DNA of 64,000 nt. Origin: Phoronis australis. Lineage: Eukaryota; Animalia; Phoronida. The notes beneath the pieces were generated by a model. It saw only the letters and a list, made by a program, of their open reading frames with translations. It did not search any database and was not told the DNA's origin. This document shows positions 1 to 14,069 of this stretch, piece by piece (position 1 is the first letter of the stretch; each line of letters starts with the position of its first letter). Both the position numbers and the translations under genes were made by a program. Location of the stretch: positions 546,594 to 610,593 of the forward strand of contig NMRA01000152.1 of the NCBI GenBank assembly GCA_002633005.1, in the 5' to 3' direction.

Positions 1-284
1 ATAAACATCTTCACGACATTTGTTGAAAGTCGTTTGCATGAAGTATTGAAATAACCGTTAGCTTCAGGCGCGCCGTTTACAACTTAATTGCAAGATTATT
101 TGGGCTTATCAGATGAATGCAGAGAATGAGAGCACTAGACTAGCATGTAAACATTGGTTTGCCAACTTTCTCCCCCGCCTCGCTATCATTGTCAAACTGA
201 TAACAACACTTTCACCGAAATCGGGAAACTAACACCACGGCGCATTTGGAAAAGAGCAGTGCCATAACACTAAATCGTCGTGAG

Positions 285-325
285 AGACCGTCCGGAGTTA
301 GTATAGGTGCAACTCCGGACGGTCT
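285..325. repeat. GC-rich perfect hairpin (15-bp stem, 11-nt loop)
   Basis: AGACCGTCCGGAGTT ... AACTCCGGACGGTCT; probably the core of a small palindromic MITE. Confidence 0.85.
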
Positions 326-1943
326 GGGCACAACAGAAATCCAGTTCTACTGTGAATCTACATCAATGTGATAAACGAGAGTAGTTCTACTTGCCGCGTT
401 AGCTGCAAGTATCATTATCGTTTTTATGACACAAAATGTGTAACTGGCCTGAGTGGGCAAAGACTTTTCAACTTCAGTTAATGTATATAAACCAGTCACG
501 GGAGCGCGAGACCCCTGAGGTACTTGTCAAGTCCTCACCACAATTCTACGTTATGCTTCGCACGACTAACAAAGTGATATGACTTAAACATTGAACACTC
601 ACAAACAAGAGATCCACTTGAATGAAAATTCCATCCACTCCTGGCACTTATTAGGGACAATGCGATATTTCCACTGAAGAGCCATAATCTCATTTGACAA
701 GACCGTGAATGTGAAACTCAGAAGTGCAAAGAAAACATTTATTTATGAAACGCCTTTGATTCCAACGTAGAGCTCACCCTGGTGCCAGAATTATGCACAA
801 ATGAAATGATAATCTTTAGACAAGAACAAAAGACTGGCAGCAAAAACATTTTCTTCAATTTCAAACACATTTAAATAATATTGTTGGAAGATATTGCACA
901 ATTTCTCATTAATAAAACAATATAACCTGTAATCTTCCATGACTCAAAAGACCCTTCATACAAATTACGGATATTTCTGAAATTTCGATCATGCTTCAAA
1001 AGACAGGAGGCCTACTAGTTTTGGCCCAAATTGACAGAAAGAATCGACTTTTACACTGTCTTATGATGACGTATTACAACTACTAAATTAAGATACAGCG
1101 ACAACATCAAGCTGAAGGAAATCACATACTTCAAATTATAAACCAGGTAGAATAAATCACCTTAGTTGCTGAAACACTATCTACAGAGCGACACAATCAT
1201 TTAAGTCTACACAGCCCAAATACCTTGGTAATGGTTATGGTGGTTTGTAAACAGGGCACTATGAATGACTCAATTTTTAATCATGTCTGAATTCACCACA
1301 TGACGAAGATTAATCACATGTACTCTAAAGATAAATGTCAGTATACAAATGAAATATTACATCCAACAAAACACCACACAACAACTATTAACACCTATTC
1401 AATGCACCAGGGCCTGAGAAACCTACTCATGCTCTCAACTCATATCTCATTAGATCTTCCAGCACCATTGCCTTTTTTCTGCAAGTAAGGGTGTCCCTAC
1501 CTTATGAGGGGATTACATTAATAAGAGACTAGCATTCAACAAAAACATTCTAAGTAGAATCGTGGCGGCACAGAATTGAGGAAATCGAAGTCAACACACA
1601 AGGGATGTTCCCTTCGTTTCACCTCCTCTCCATAGGCCAGCGCTGTGAGCGACTAGAATTGCACTTTCGTATTTTTAATCTTTTTCTGCCTTCTGTGACA
1701 TCATAAATTTATTTCCATCGGTTACTTGATTCCCTAGTTGGGCATATCTCCTAAGATGAAATTCAGTGTTTGTGCGCATTACAATACAAAAATTTTTCGA
1801 CAGATGCATGAACTCAACAAATTTACCAACAAAAATGCGGTTAAGAAAGAAAAACTAGTATCTAATAAACTGAAAATATATGTATACACACGGCGCGTCA
1901 CACTTTGCAACAAGCCTAATTAAATCCAACTTGTAACCACTCA

Positions 1944-2386
1944 CCGTATTACCTAGAATATAAGCCCATGGCCTTACAGTAGAGTATGGCCTTATACTCG
2001 AATACAAGGCCACGACCTTATAACATTGGGTCATTTGGTGCTCCGTACCCAGACAGAGAGTGTTCAATGTTTGCCATTTCAGAATTCACTACATGTGTTG
2101 CCTTGCTTTTTCTATTTTTTTTATTTTGTATTATTTATTCAACATTTGTATAAAATGCTTTTTAGAGAAGCAATGTTTCATAATCTTAGCTATTACTCAA
2201 TGTTTTGTTCATGACTAATTGACAAAAACAAACAATGGCCTTATATCCTAAATACTGGTATGGCCTTATTAACGAAGGTAAGGCCACAGCCTTTTAGTAC
2301 AGGTCATTTGCATTAATTTTTAAGTGTTCTGAAAAAACGCTTTATTTGGGCTATAAGGCCACGGTCTTATATTCCAGGTAATACGG
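1944..2386. mobile_element. Tc2-type (Tc1/mariner superfamily) MITE downstream of the TMEM120 stop
   Basis: About 33-bp TIRs CCGTATTACCTAGAATATAAG.../...CTTATATTCCAGGTAATACGG; TA on the right, CA on the left; internal TGGCCTTAT repeats. Confidence 0.8.
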
Positions 2387-2820
2387 TACAACACTAGCAG
2401 GATGAGAGTTATATGAGAACGAACTCTAACAATTTAACACCCACAGTACTTTACAAGAAAAACATGATTAGATCTTGTCAATACTATCAAGTTTTGTTGA
2501 AGTTAAGGTGAAACATTTGAAACAAAGCAGACGTGGTTAAGTCCAACCCAAGTTGAAAATATTTCACAAACAAAGGCTGAGTATAAAGAAACTGCGTGTA
2601 ATTTTTACTTCATACAGTGAAGCAAAAATCAAGACAGATAATTGGCAGACAAGCAGAACTATTTTCACAACAATACATTTTGACAATTCTCTTTGAAAAC
2701 TTAGCACTGTTATTTCATCAACACAATCACTACTTGCTCTATAAAGGTCAGTTATAAAGTGGTCCTCTGGTCAGCGTGGCGTAACCTGTAGCCCAATTTC
2801 ATCTGGAATGGTTGCCGAAA

Positions 2821-5800
2821 TCAAAGGGCCTTGCTATTATTGTCAAACTTGTACTTGTGTTTGTAGAAGTACTTGTTGAACTTCTGGCTGATCTTCTGCC
2901 GCACAACCATCATTGTAGTCCAAGTGTTGCCCATGAATATGACGAAAAATAGCCCGCTCAAGACAGGCACCTGAAATCAATCAACATGCTACTTAACCTA
3001 ACAACAAAACTGATACACCTGATACGCAGATGCGACAGAAATGTGCACAAGCAAAATGAAATTAATTGCCACGGACAAATTAATCTTTCTATAGTAAACA
3101 CACATTACTTGCATGTAAACTGGTTTTTCAGAATCAGTTGAAATCGCGTAAAACTAAAAAAAAAACCAAGAACGTATTTCAAAGGCTTTTAATAACATCA
3201 AGTTAGCGTTACGAAATCTGCATGGTTTCATAATGGGCAGAATGAAATTTACAGTGTATCTGCAGCAGGATAGTTTTTATTCTCGTTTGAAATTGACGAT
3301 TTTTACTTGACCCAACTAATGGTATATAGGGTTTAAACTGCAGACAATTGGTCAACTGCATTCCATGAAACGAAGTTGGTTATTACGCAAGACCACGTGC
3401 AAAAAGCTGACGAGGTGCGAGTCATTTTATGCACTGAAAAGCTGTCCTTTCTTCCTACGGCCACATAACAGTAATATAATCAAAGACGGGAACAACTTTA
3501 GACCAGTTTTATGCCCAAAAGTGATATGTGTGTTTGTGTGTACGTGTGCGTGCGCGTGTGTGTGTGTAAATCTTGAAACGGTATGGAAATAACGATCACA
3601 AACATTATAAATCTGGTCTGCACGCCACCTGCACGAGACCTAATGAACATAAGTGCGAAAAGATTTCTGCCTCAACCGGGACTTGAACCCACGACTTATG
3701 TTTATTAGGTCACGTGATGTGGCTAACAGGTGGCTTGCAGACCAGACTTAAAATGTTTGTAACCAAAAGTGATCTAAATCAGAAGCTTAGTCTCTGACTT
3801 ATTATAGCAATTTATTAACCATCTGCCCTCACTGGTTATATCACACATTACAGTACCTCACCCTTTACATTGTGAGCCAATCTTACAGGATGGTTAATAC
3901 TTCATAATAGTACACCACATACCTGCCACTCTTTGGTGTTGGGCTGCAGGTAAATCTGGAGTAGGGTCCAGGCATTGTACAGCTGGAAACCCTGTAAAGG
4001 TCATTGCAAGAGAAATTAGTGTAGTTACAACTAGAACACTCTTCAACTGAAACAACATACGGACTATTCCCAGGATGTGAATGGTTAAGAAATACTAGCA
4101 TTTTTTCCCACTACGCAACAGACTTTCAACCACGACAAGAAAAAATAATCAAAACTATGTGATGGAAAAAAATAAAAATGGATTTGAAAACAAAATATTG
4201 GCAAAAATGCAGTTAGCCAGCACAGAAGCCAACTAAGGAAATTCAAAAATGGAGAATGTCTTGGCAACTAGATATCATGCACGGCAATAAATTGACTGTG
4301 CAATGCAGACAACTAATAGTCAAACTGTCCCTTTGTTAACAGCAGAGCAAGAAAAATTATGATGAGGGAACGCTGTAGTAGAAATGGACAAGTAATTACA
4401 GTGGTTTTCATAACGAAGTGGACATACCTCAGCGGCACTCAAACCACGCCAAAATTTGACACACTTTGTGCAGTAATTACCAGCAAACAGATGGAAATTT
4501 GTCATGACAAAATAGCTTTGGTGTCTCACTTTAGTCAAAATTAATTAGACATCATTGCAGCTACCCGCTAACTCTTTTAGTCAGTGTGGGAAAACAGGTA
4601 CATCTCCATATTAAGCAAAAAAGTGTTAGAGGTTTCCATAGATAAATTGAAACAGATTTGTGTCAAAATGAAAAGAATATCGATACGTACTTTTGTGAAT
4701 AGAGATTTTGTCAAAATTTAGTGATGTCCAAAACTAGCCGTATAATCAATGGCCTACTTACGTAGCCCACAAAAAGAAACGGCAAGACAAAGACTAGGCC
4801 TCTCCACATCCATGACTGAAAACCCTCTGAAAAAAAGCAAAAATAAATGAAATTTCGGACACAATAAGAAGTACCATATTCGCCGTAATAACCGCCCAGG
4901 GCGCTTAGAAAAGTTCGGTTCAGGGGGGGGCGCTTATTATAACCCAAGGCGGTTGAAACCCGGTCTCCGAAACGGGTGAAATCGGAAGCTAAGATTCATC
5001 AAATTTACGCTCTGTGATGCATGTAATCTATGAAAGACTTTCAACAAAACTGTGGTGCATTGCTATCAAACTTTGCTGCTAAATTACGATCATTTTACAG
5101 AAAATTGTGCTGAAATCCCAGGGCGAAAACTCGCCAACTGACTGCTTCACAATCGCCGTCTTCGATATGACGACCTCAATTCTTGAATAAAAATGGTTTC
5201 GATAAAGTACCTGAAATCCTCATTAAATTTTATAAGTAGCGTCTCTAAGGTTTTTAAGTTCCCGTGGAGTCTGGATTAACGGCAGGTTTAAGTATAAATC
5301 TGTGCAACATCGTGCCATCTACATGTATGATCGGCAACACGGCGAGAAAAATGTCTGGCCGAACACACATGTTGTTGTCACGTGACGTTTGTTTTGAAGT
5401 TCGTCTGCGAGTAAGCGAGCGCGTGCGTGTCACCAGAGTTCATTTGCCAAAGCAGAGACCGTCTTTCGGCCAGAGCCACGCAATCTAACTAGCTAGATGT
5501 GTCTAAAGAAATTTGCACAAGCAGTAGACCTAAACCAGAGCGTGTTTCATTCAGCACTTGCCGGTCTCGTGCTAAAAACTTTCGACATTTGTCTCGGCAA
5601 GGCCCATATTAGTCGCCGTGTAGCTGGATGCGTACGTAACTATCTGACAGTTATTTTTCGGTGTAAGGGTGTGTAAGCATTCACTGTCAGTTGTCATTTT
5701 ATCGGATATTCGGCTTAATAACACCAATTACGGTTAATCAAACTATCCACCTCAAAAATAACGCAAACATGTTGATAGTATTAGAAATTGTCGGAAATTA

Positions 5801-8800
5801 GTTCCAATACTCATTTCTTATCGATGCTATGCTACCGCTTCATGAATGGATAGTTCCCAACTAATGTCTTTGATGACAGGTTATGTAGCGCGCGCTTCCT
5901 GGCCACGTGCGTCTAACACCGAGTTAGTTTTGTTCATGAGACAGTCGATGTGTCTACTGAAAGGTCAGACCATGGGACACGGTCGTCGCGAGAGCGTAGC
6001 AACGCTGTTGCGTTCTTTTTGAAGCGCTGCGTTACTTTGTCACGGCTAAATACAAACGTAGCAGTGCCGCTGGGGGGCTAGAAGACCCGTGCAAAAATTT
6101 TTTGATAAATTGAAGACGTTACTGTAGCCGAGTTTTAGGACTGTAGGTACGTCATTGTTCGCATGTACACGTTCATGGACTGGGCGCTTATTTCAGCAAA
6201 GTCTGAAAACGCGTGGGGGGGCGCTTATAGGGGCATGGGCGGTTATTACGGCGAATACGGTAGTTCAAAATTGATTTTTGTCACACTGAGTTGTTATTTC
6301 CCATTCACCGGCATAATAAGCAGTATGAATTCAGATGATAAACAAGAATACACATAAACACTCCAGTCAGTTATGTACTCTGCTGTTGTATGACAGCGAC
6401 TTCCTCTTCAACCGTAATACTTCATAATGTTTTCATTATCTGTAACATTACGCAGCCGACTGTATGTACGGTATGTCTCCATTTATTTCACACAACAAAA
6501 ATTAAGGTAATTTCAAAAATTGTTGTTTTTCCACCTTTCAAAGGCTGATTATCATACTACAATTTAATAATGGTAAATTTACCAAAAGTTTCTTCATGAG
6601 ATCTAAACAGTACAAACCAATAGAATAGCTTTTTAAGAGAAATTTGACAACATAGAATTTCACTTGTCGGCCATGTTGTGTGCTAAGTAAATGAAGAATT
6701 ACTATTGTATTCCTGACATTTAATGGCCAATAAATTTATAATAAACTCCTTCAAGTATGTTAAAGATGTATTTACATGTTAATGTATAGCAGGAATTAAA
6801 CGTCAAGCTACTTTAACATATAATCTACGCTAAACGAAGTGCAGTTGTACTCATTGAAAGCTTGTAAACGTGAAAAAAATCTGCAAATAGGTAACTTTTG
6901 CACTAATTAAACAAACGTCGCCGGCTCACATTGCCCATATCATGCAGTGTTATTCTCCCAGCACCACGTCACGATACTTACTGAGCACGGTTTAGTGATT
7001 TGCGGGGGATCATATTTGCCACAAAGCTCGTTCTTATAAAAAACATTTGGCAATTTTCGACCGACTTCATAATTCACATTGTCGTTATATGTTGTGTTTC
7101 TTACTAAATTGGCCAAGCAATCACAGAGATAAGGAATTAGTATAAGGAATTAGTCTGCAAGTTCCACTTGAAAACAACTGACAAACCTGGTGACCACAAT
7201 ATGAGTCGAACGTTTCATAATTACAAGATTTTGAACTCAAAAATGTAATGAAGGTGCTCCACCACACTCATACGCGAGGAGCCGTAGGTTGTAAATTCTG
7301 AACATGGCAACAGTGGACCCACTTACCAACAGTAACGTCCATAGTTCTTCTGGCACCAAGAGCTCTTAGTCTGTACATACAGCCACTCTGATAGTAGTAC
7401 TGCACCAACTGGACAATACCTGCATGACGTAGAAATATTCATGTTACACACGAGAAACAGTAGTGAAAGGGGCAATAATCTGATATAACCTGCTCTCATT
7501 TTGAGAACCAGTTTGATGCCTGGTATTCAGTGGAGAAAACTGGTTCTCAAAATACGAGCACGTTATATCAGACTATAACCCTGAAAGGAGCAAATGTTGA
7601 AAGTAATCGCATAATAAAGGCTTAGCCAAGCAAATATCAGGGCATCTCAGTCCAGAAATAAATTGTTTCAATAAGTACCAGATATGCGTGTCTTCTCAAA
7701 AACTTTGGACTTTTGTTCAACTGAGATTTAAAGATTTTTCTGATCCAAAATAGCTGTGCAGAACACAAGACCAAATTTTTAACTTAGTCGTAAGTGACCT
7801 TGCATAAAATAGACCCCAGGTCTAAAAAGCTTCTGAGTACTAAATGAGTCATCGGTCTTAAAACAAATACCCTTTCCACAATGACTATTGCATTCTCAGT
7901 TTCAAAAGTCCGCAATCCGATCACGATATGCAGTCATTACAGAAACGTAGACAAAGACAATGGAATCAACTCTACTTACTGAGGGTGTTAATCAACTTGC
8001 AGTCAAATTGTAAAGCAACCACTTTCAACATCGAAATATGCCAAAGACTCATTTTGATCTCATTATTAGTTCCAATTCTTGCCATTAGGTGTCTCATAAG
8101 TTTTGTTTAAGTTGTATCTTTTGAAGAGAGTTATGGAGATTTTGAACAAATGAACAGCTCAGGATTGTTCATTAGTTGGAATCTTATCATATTTAACAAT
8201 TTTTTACAACAGGGAGCATTGTGATTGCTAAACAAGCACAGTTATCACCAGAAAATGAGGACACTCTAAATTTCCTGAAGAAAAGCTTTAAGGTGAAAAG
8301 AAATAACATTTTGACACTGCTGAATTTTTTTTATGCTGAAGTTGCTAACACTTATATTTAAGAAAAATTAATCAATAATGACAAAATTTTCAAAAAAGGA
8401 TCACATCACAAATAATCGCATTCCTCCTAAAAAGAAAATAAAATATCAATCGAATCAAATTCCTAAAAATGTGTACCGTTCCACACCTACTACTTACTTA
8501 GATACATGGTGAAAAGAAGAAACTGTTTTCTAAAGCTGTCATAGGAGGGAGAGTTAGGCCTGAAAAGGAATATTACAAAGAAACTAGTCAAAATAGTTGA
8601 AGAAAGGCAAGCAAATTAACAGCTGTAAGTTTTAAAAAGCTTTTCAAGTGGTGCCACATTACTGCAGAAGGTCAGTTCGTAAAGTTATGACTAAAACAAA
8701 ACAGAATCTGATGTGACATAATTACATGGCCATCACCAGGGGGCGACGTAAGTGGCCGGATCACAAACTAAGGCAAAGGTCAACACGCATATATTATTTT

Positions 8801-11800
8801 CTACTTGAAATTTAATTTACCGTGTACCTGATGGTAAGCTTAGCATAACAAAGTGAAGTTAATTTATACCAAGAGTTTTTTATGCCCAGTTCACACTTTA
8901 AGAAAGATTTGTAGCCTTAAATGTAGCACGCTGTAATTACCATCCATTTCAAGACTCACCAAATCAGCAGGACACCAGTGGTTGCCGTGGAGATGAAGTG
9001 ATGCAGCACCCACCACCCTTTAATGCGCGAGCCATTCACCTTAAGGATGTGTTCACGTATGGTCAGCGTACAGTAGTACCAGACAAGAAAAAACTGGAAA
9101 AATGCGTCGATCCAACGAGTATGGTAAAACCTGGAAATAGAAAACGCTTGTTGATTAGTCACGTTAAGACAATAACCTGGGGACAGGTGATCTTTCAACA
9201 GATAGATCTAGGATTAAATGTATATTATGTATTTGTGTATTTGGTGTCTTAATTTTCACCATGAATGTTGGGTAGCTGTTAAATCATGTGCCTAGTATAC
9301 AAAAACGTGTATCTTTGCGAGTGTACGAGAAGACTCTGAGAAAGCTAGAATCCGTACAAACCAGTGCAACACATATCACTTGGTTAAAGAATTTATGTGA
9401 CCAATGAATTGTCTGAACAAGTCTGAATCCATCCACCGAGGTAAGCAAATAAAGTAGCTATGGCTAATTTGTTTACCTAGTAACTATTTGTGTGATTTGT
9501 GCTGTCTGGCAACACAACAGTGCATTGCTCTTCTAAATAATTACCAATTGATTACCATAAGTAAAACAGGACAATGGATCCGGCATAGTATAATGATTAC
9601 TTACTGGTACTGCAAAAGAAACAGAAGTACAGATGATATCACAAAGGAAATGGAGGTGTTCACCAACTTGAACTTCTCATACTCTTGCTTGTACTTAAAT
9701 CTGAAATTATGGTAAAACACTAACTGTCACTGATATCAAACTGCATGGTTTGAGGTAAAAGATACGCAACTCTACAATGTTCATTTTTAGTCCTGGGATA
9801 CAAAACTTGTAAGAAAAGCAAACTTCCTCAAAATATTCTGTAAGTTTTTCTAAGGTATTAAATCAATGACATCAAACAAGTGAAAACAGGACTTTAACAG
9901 GCAAAGTGCCCCATTTTATGTTCCATTTAAAACACATGTTGTAAAAATATCTAAATATTCTTGAACAACTCAAAAAGTATTCCCCGATCAAAAAAAAAAG
10001 ATTGCAAAGCCATGAAGAAGTCAGTTTGGAAAAAATTTGAGACACTGTGGTAGTAGACATAGGTAAACAACAAAGTGAAACAAGATTTAAAAGTTGCACT
10101 TAAAGTGCTGGTCATTGATTCACACGTAAAGCCTGACCAAACATATTTGCAATAAGCCCATAGCTGGCTATTTCAACCATTTCCAAGACAAAACAGTTAG
10201 CCAAATGGTTAAATTAACTTTCCCATGCGCGGCTCAAATGTACAGAGCAGCTACAGTACCGCATACACGCACGCACGCATTAAAAATACACTTTGCATAT
10301 CATTTTATTTAAAAACTTCATAAAATGTTTTTTAACGAAAGTTAGTTCAGTCAAAACTTGAGCCCATATAATTAATGCTCATTCAACACAATTCCAAATA
10401 TGTTCAAACTCTGAATTCAATATGAATTTAAATGTTTCATTTTTTCATTATTGGTGGTGCACCACCACCTAAAATGGCCGCCGTAGTGAGTAACAGCTGA
10501 CTGATGCATTATGGGTACTCACTCAACTTTTTAAACATTAATAGTAAAATAAGGCAAACACAAACAGGGCTGAAAACTACGAAACGTTCATATTTTGGTG
10601 ATGTCTTTCGACTGATGAAACTCATCCTGAATTTATATTGGTCAATGTAAAGGGAAATGTATCTTTAAAGCTCATGCACCAAAGGTAAACAGGATTTCCT
10701 TTAGCTGTTTTGACATCTTTTCTTGCCATGAAGAGCAGCCAGAGAAACTACAATGGAAAGGCACCTAAAATCCCAGAGCTGGCCAGCCTTTTTAAGTGGA
10801 AAAACCCTATTTTTTATTCCAGTTTGATAGGCTTGGTCAGGACACATGTACAGTTGTGCAGATAATAAAGAACCAGTTTATTCCAATTTATTTTTGTTGT
10901 AAATCTTGACGCAATAGAATTCTATTGTTCCACAATGTTAATTGATTATTTCTAAACTGAAGAAACTCCACAGTAATCCCAGATTTCGAGACAGAAGGAA
11001 GGTTAGTATTCCACATAAAAACACGTGCGCCTCACAATAGGTCAAATATTTTATTATGAGACTTTTTATGTTCTGAAGACTGGTACCATCGCCCTACTTA
11101 CTTGTCTTCCTTGCTGAGTAATGATATATTGACTTGGCCCAGGATAATGCTCAGGTATATTCTGCAATAGACAATTTAGAAACGGTGAAAATTAGACAGT
11201 GGTTCTACTGGGGTACAGCAGGCACAGTTTAACACAACTGAAACAGTTACCAAAAATTACAAAGTTTTTTAATTATTCATGATATATCTATTGCCAAATA
11301 CTGTTGGTTTTTGTTTTGACAGACAAAGCTAACTACTGCAGATCATATCTTGGTTGAACAACCTACATAGAACTTAATATTTAATATGTACTGTACCCAT
11401 TCTGGTGAGGTAAGACATCCTCAAGCTCACGGAATTCATCCTTATTCTTCGCCATTGCTTTTTCCAGGTCTTTGACGATATTTTCATCATCTTGGCAGCC
11501 CTTTTCAACATTTCTTGGAGAAATAAAATATTTTCAATAAGAACATCAAAGTGTAACAATGGACTATCACCACAAGCCATATCATTTGAAAAATAATCTT
11601 CATTTAATTGACAAAATGAATACAGCTTAGGGTGATTGAACAAAGCAAACATCTGTCAGGACGTGCCTTTTATTGCAAGATAACTTGAACATACTAGAGC
11701 TGGATGATGATGCGCAAACAATAAAGAAACCAAAACATCTGGAAAAACTTGTTGTAATTTTCTACGTACCATGTGTGCCCATTTGGCTCCATTAAACACA

Positions 11801-14069
11801 ACAAGTATTTTTTTTCTGATTTCAAAAAGACAAAAGCTTTTCAAAAGTGATGTTTTAACAGGCATGTGCCATCTTTCATTAGACTTGACCACCAATGAAT
11901 ATGACATACAGTATCTTCCTATGTCCCAGGCATTATATTTGATTTTGTATAGTGGTGTCAGTTTCAACGTGACATGGTTCATTACAACAACCAACAGCAC
12001 AGCTCAAAAATACTTTGTCAAACCAAGGTGGCACCAGCTTCCTCCCCAAGCCTCGAGATGGAGCTGATTGGTTTAGCCGCTTGAGGCTTGTTTATGGGAA
12101 ATGAAATGAATGAATCGCCGGAATATCACGAGTAATATAAAGTTATATCAACTTTGAAATTTTCTGCAGTATAATATAAAAATGTAAACTAACAGTATAT
12201 TGAAACAATTTAGGTCCAACTTATCGCAAAAATTACATACTTTGATTCGAAAACATATTAATTTCTACGATACTATTAATGAAAAAGAATTAAAAATAAC
12301 GCTAATAACCTATATTTCAAACCATAACCAAGACAATGCCTTCTGCTTCAGGAATGGTTCAACAATGCCTGTGAAAATAATTAAAATCTGCCTTTGATTT
12401 CAATGACGTCAAGACAGTGGCCAATCAGTGTGCAGAAAGTAATTCCCATAACCAAGCCTCTAATGGCAAACGCGATCAGCGCCATCTTGAGACTTCGGGA
12501 CAAGGCTGAGGCGGCACCCAAATGTCAGAATAAAGGTAGGTGGTAGGCCATTTGGACCCCTCCACCAGTGGTCCTCTAGACATTCGGGTGTCACTTATTC
12601 ATGTCTTCTTATTGGTGAGCTGCACAGGCTTGCACTGTACATGTACCCCACCTGTTGGCATTCTCCAGGATCTTCTTCATGCGGTACCTCTGATGCGCTA
12701 TGCCATTCATGCATTGCTTCTGGACATCTTTCACATCTTTCACTTTCTTACAATAGGTGTCGTGCGTCACCTGCATGTGAATGACAATGTTGACAGATCA
12801 AAATAGAGGATAATTCTTTCAGACGCAATGCAACAGGAAAGACTTCATATCTCTCAGAGCGAGCAGTGTTAAAGTGGCCAGTTGCCGATTTGGGCAACTG
12901 AACGAAGGACTGTTCGAAAATAGTTCGATTCCAGGAGTATTTGTTCAAGCTGAGAAGAGCTAAAGACATCAACGTTCTCCTTAAGTGTCCCTCTATGCAC
13001 AAAAGGTACTTCTAGCAAAATGACTAATGTTTTAGTTTTAATCAATGTAAGGCATAAATTGAAGAAAAGCTTCCCGCATATGGAGGCCTTATGGTATGGT
13101 CAGCGTTTCTACTGTGGCGAGTTGAAACAGTGCTACTGTCTACTCTACATGTTGATATATATATCACGACAAGCAGGAGTGATATTTCAAAGGGAAGATA
13201 ACAAACAGCGATTTCAAGCTGCATTGTGACGTTAGTCACTATACAGCTAGCTGACTTGTTACTGATGAGAGAGCCTACTAGAGACAGTGTGGCTCCTATA
13301 AGAGGTGCTTCATGCGGCGAATTATGCCTCACACTGACTAAAACATCAAAGTCACATTGTTATGTTGTTATAAATACCTTTTGCACATAGAGGGACACCA
13401 TAGGAGGACGCCGATGTATTTAATACCATCTAATTTGAAGAAATACTCCAGTTATCAGACTTTTGGTCCCTCGTTCAGTTCCCAAAATCGGTAACTGGCC
13501 ATTTTTGTGATGCGCACACCAGGGCATAGGACGTCATACCACTTGCCGCTTACAGTGTTAAAAATGGTGACTTTCCGATTTGGGGAACTGAACAAGGGAC
13601 TGCTCGAAGAAAAAGTTTGATAACAGGAGTATTTCTTTGACTTGGAAGGAATTAAATACATCGACGACCTCCTAAGGCGTCGCTCTATGCGCAAAAGGTC
13701 TTTATAACAGCGCAACTTTGATGACTTAGTCAGTGTGAGGCTACTTCCCAGAAAAGCTTCTGGCGTATGAACCTCCTACAAGAGCTATGCCGTCTCTAGT
13801 CAGCTAGAGACGGTGGTCACTGTGCGGCGGTCACTGTCTACAACAAATGAAGACAAAAAATGAATGATTCGCCAGCACGAACTCAAAGGTTCTTCAATGA
13901 TGTCATTTAACCAAAGCACATATACAACAACCTTGAGTTGGTCATATTCTTTCTGCAATTCTTGCCACTCTTTTAGAACGTCTTGAAGCTGTTTGTTCTT
14001 GATACTAGCCACGTCAATGACACCGTTTCCATTTCCCGAGCCCGGCGGGACCGAATCAGCGTCAGCCAT
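2821..14069 (-). CDS. TMEM120: Transmembrane protein 120 (TMEM120A/B, TACAN family), 11 coding exons, 379 aa
   Basis: Hand-spliced exons, all GT-AG and phase-consistent: 14069-13932, 12770-12652, 11513-11397, 11161-11102, 9700-9605, 9130-8960, 8559-8498, 7419-7327, 4826-4762, 3991-3923, 2970-2821 (1140 nt incl. TGA). Family motifs: N-terminal coiled coil, [104 protein letters not shown]. Confidence 0.96.
3596..3762. mobile_element. Palindromic tRNA-derived repeat, internally deleted copy
   Basis: Same outer arms as 25557-25952 in inverted orientation. Left arm keeps the T-arm/B box (reverse complement GGGTTCAAGTCCCGG), then joins the right arm at GAC. Confidence 0.78.
4874..6260. mobile_element. 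Non-autonomous Tc2-type DNA transposon (1387 bp) in TMEM120 intron 8
   Basis: 24-bp TIRs CCATATTCGCCGTAATAACCGCCC / GGGCGGTTATTACGGCGAATACGG (1 mismatch), TA duplicated on both sides, subterminal GGGCGCTTA repeats, CpG-rich interior, no transposase ORF. Confidence 0.88.
7476..7581. mobile_element. Small foldback element with apparent 12-bp target duplication
   Basis: About 39-bp inverted arms (TCTGATATAAC...TTTTGAGAACCAGTTT), flanked by TGAAAGGGGCAA (7464-7475) and TGAAAGGAGCAA (7582-7593). Confidence 0.75.
12011..12538. mobile_element. Old MITE with roughly 100-bp degenerate TIRs in TMEM120 intron 2
   Basis: GAGGCTTGTTTATGGGAA pairs with TTCCCATAACCAAGCCTC; CCCAAGCCTCGAGATGGAGCTGAT pairs with ATCAGCGCCATCTTGAGACTTCGGG; AT-rich interior. 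Confidence 0.65.
12930..13810. repeat. Three diverged copies (+,-,+) of a 150-200 bp repeat in TMEM120 intron 1
   Basis: Shared GGAGTATTT...ACATC...CTCCT...CTCTATG.GCAAAAGGT...TTAGTCAGTGTGAGGC at about 12930-13070 (+), 13275-13453 (-) and 13622-13805 (+). Confidence 0.7.

Noticed and set aside
670-2720. CAGTGN loops as iron-responsive elements in the TMEM120 3' region
   Set aside because: The three candidates checked lack the 5-bp upper stem.
2752-2823. Stop-codon readthrough of TMEM120 (22 open codons after TGA)
   Set aside because: Context is TGA-T, not the leaky TGA-C, and the length is expected by chance.
10100-10668. TTAA-flanked Kolobok-like element, and CTGATGA at about 10612 as a hammerhead
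   Set aside because: Termini match only over TTAAAG/CTTTAA, too weak to call; no stem II for a ribozyme.
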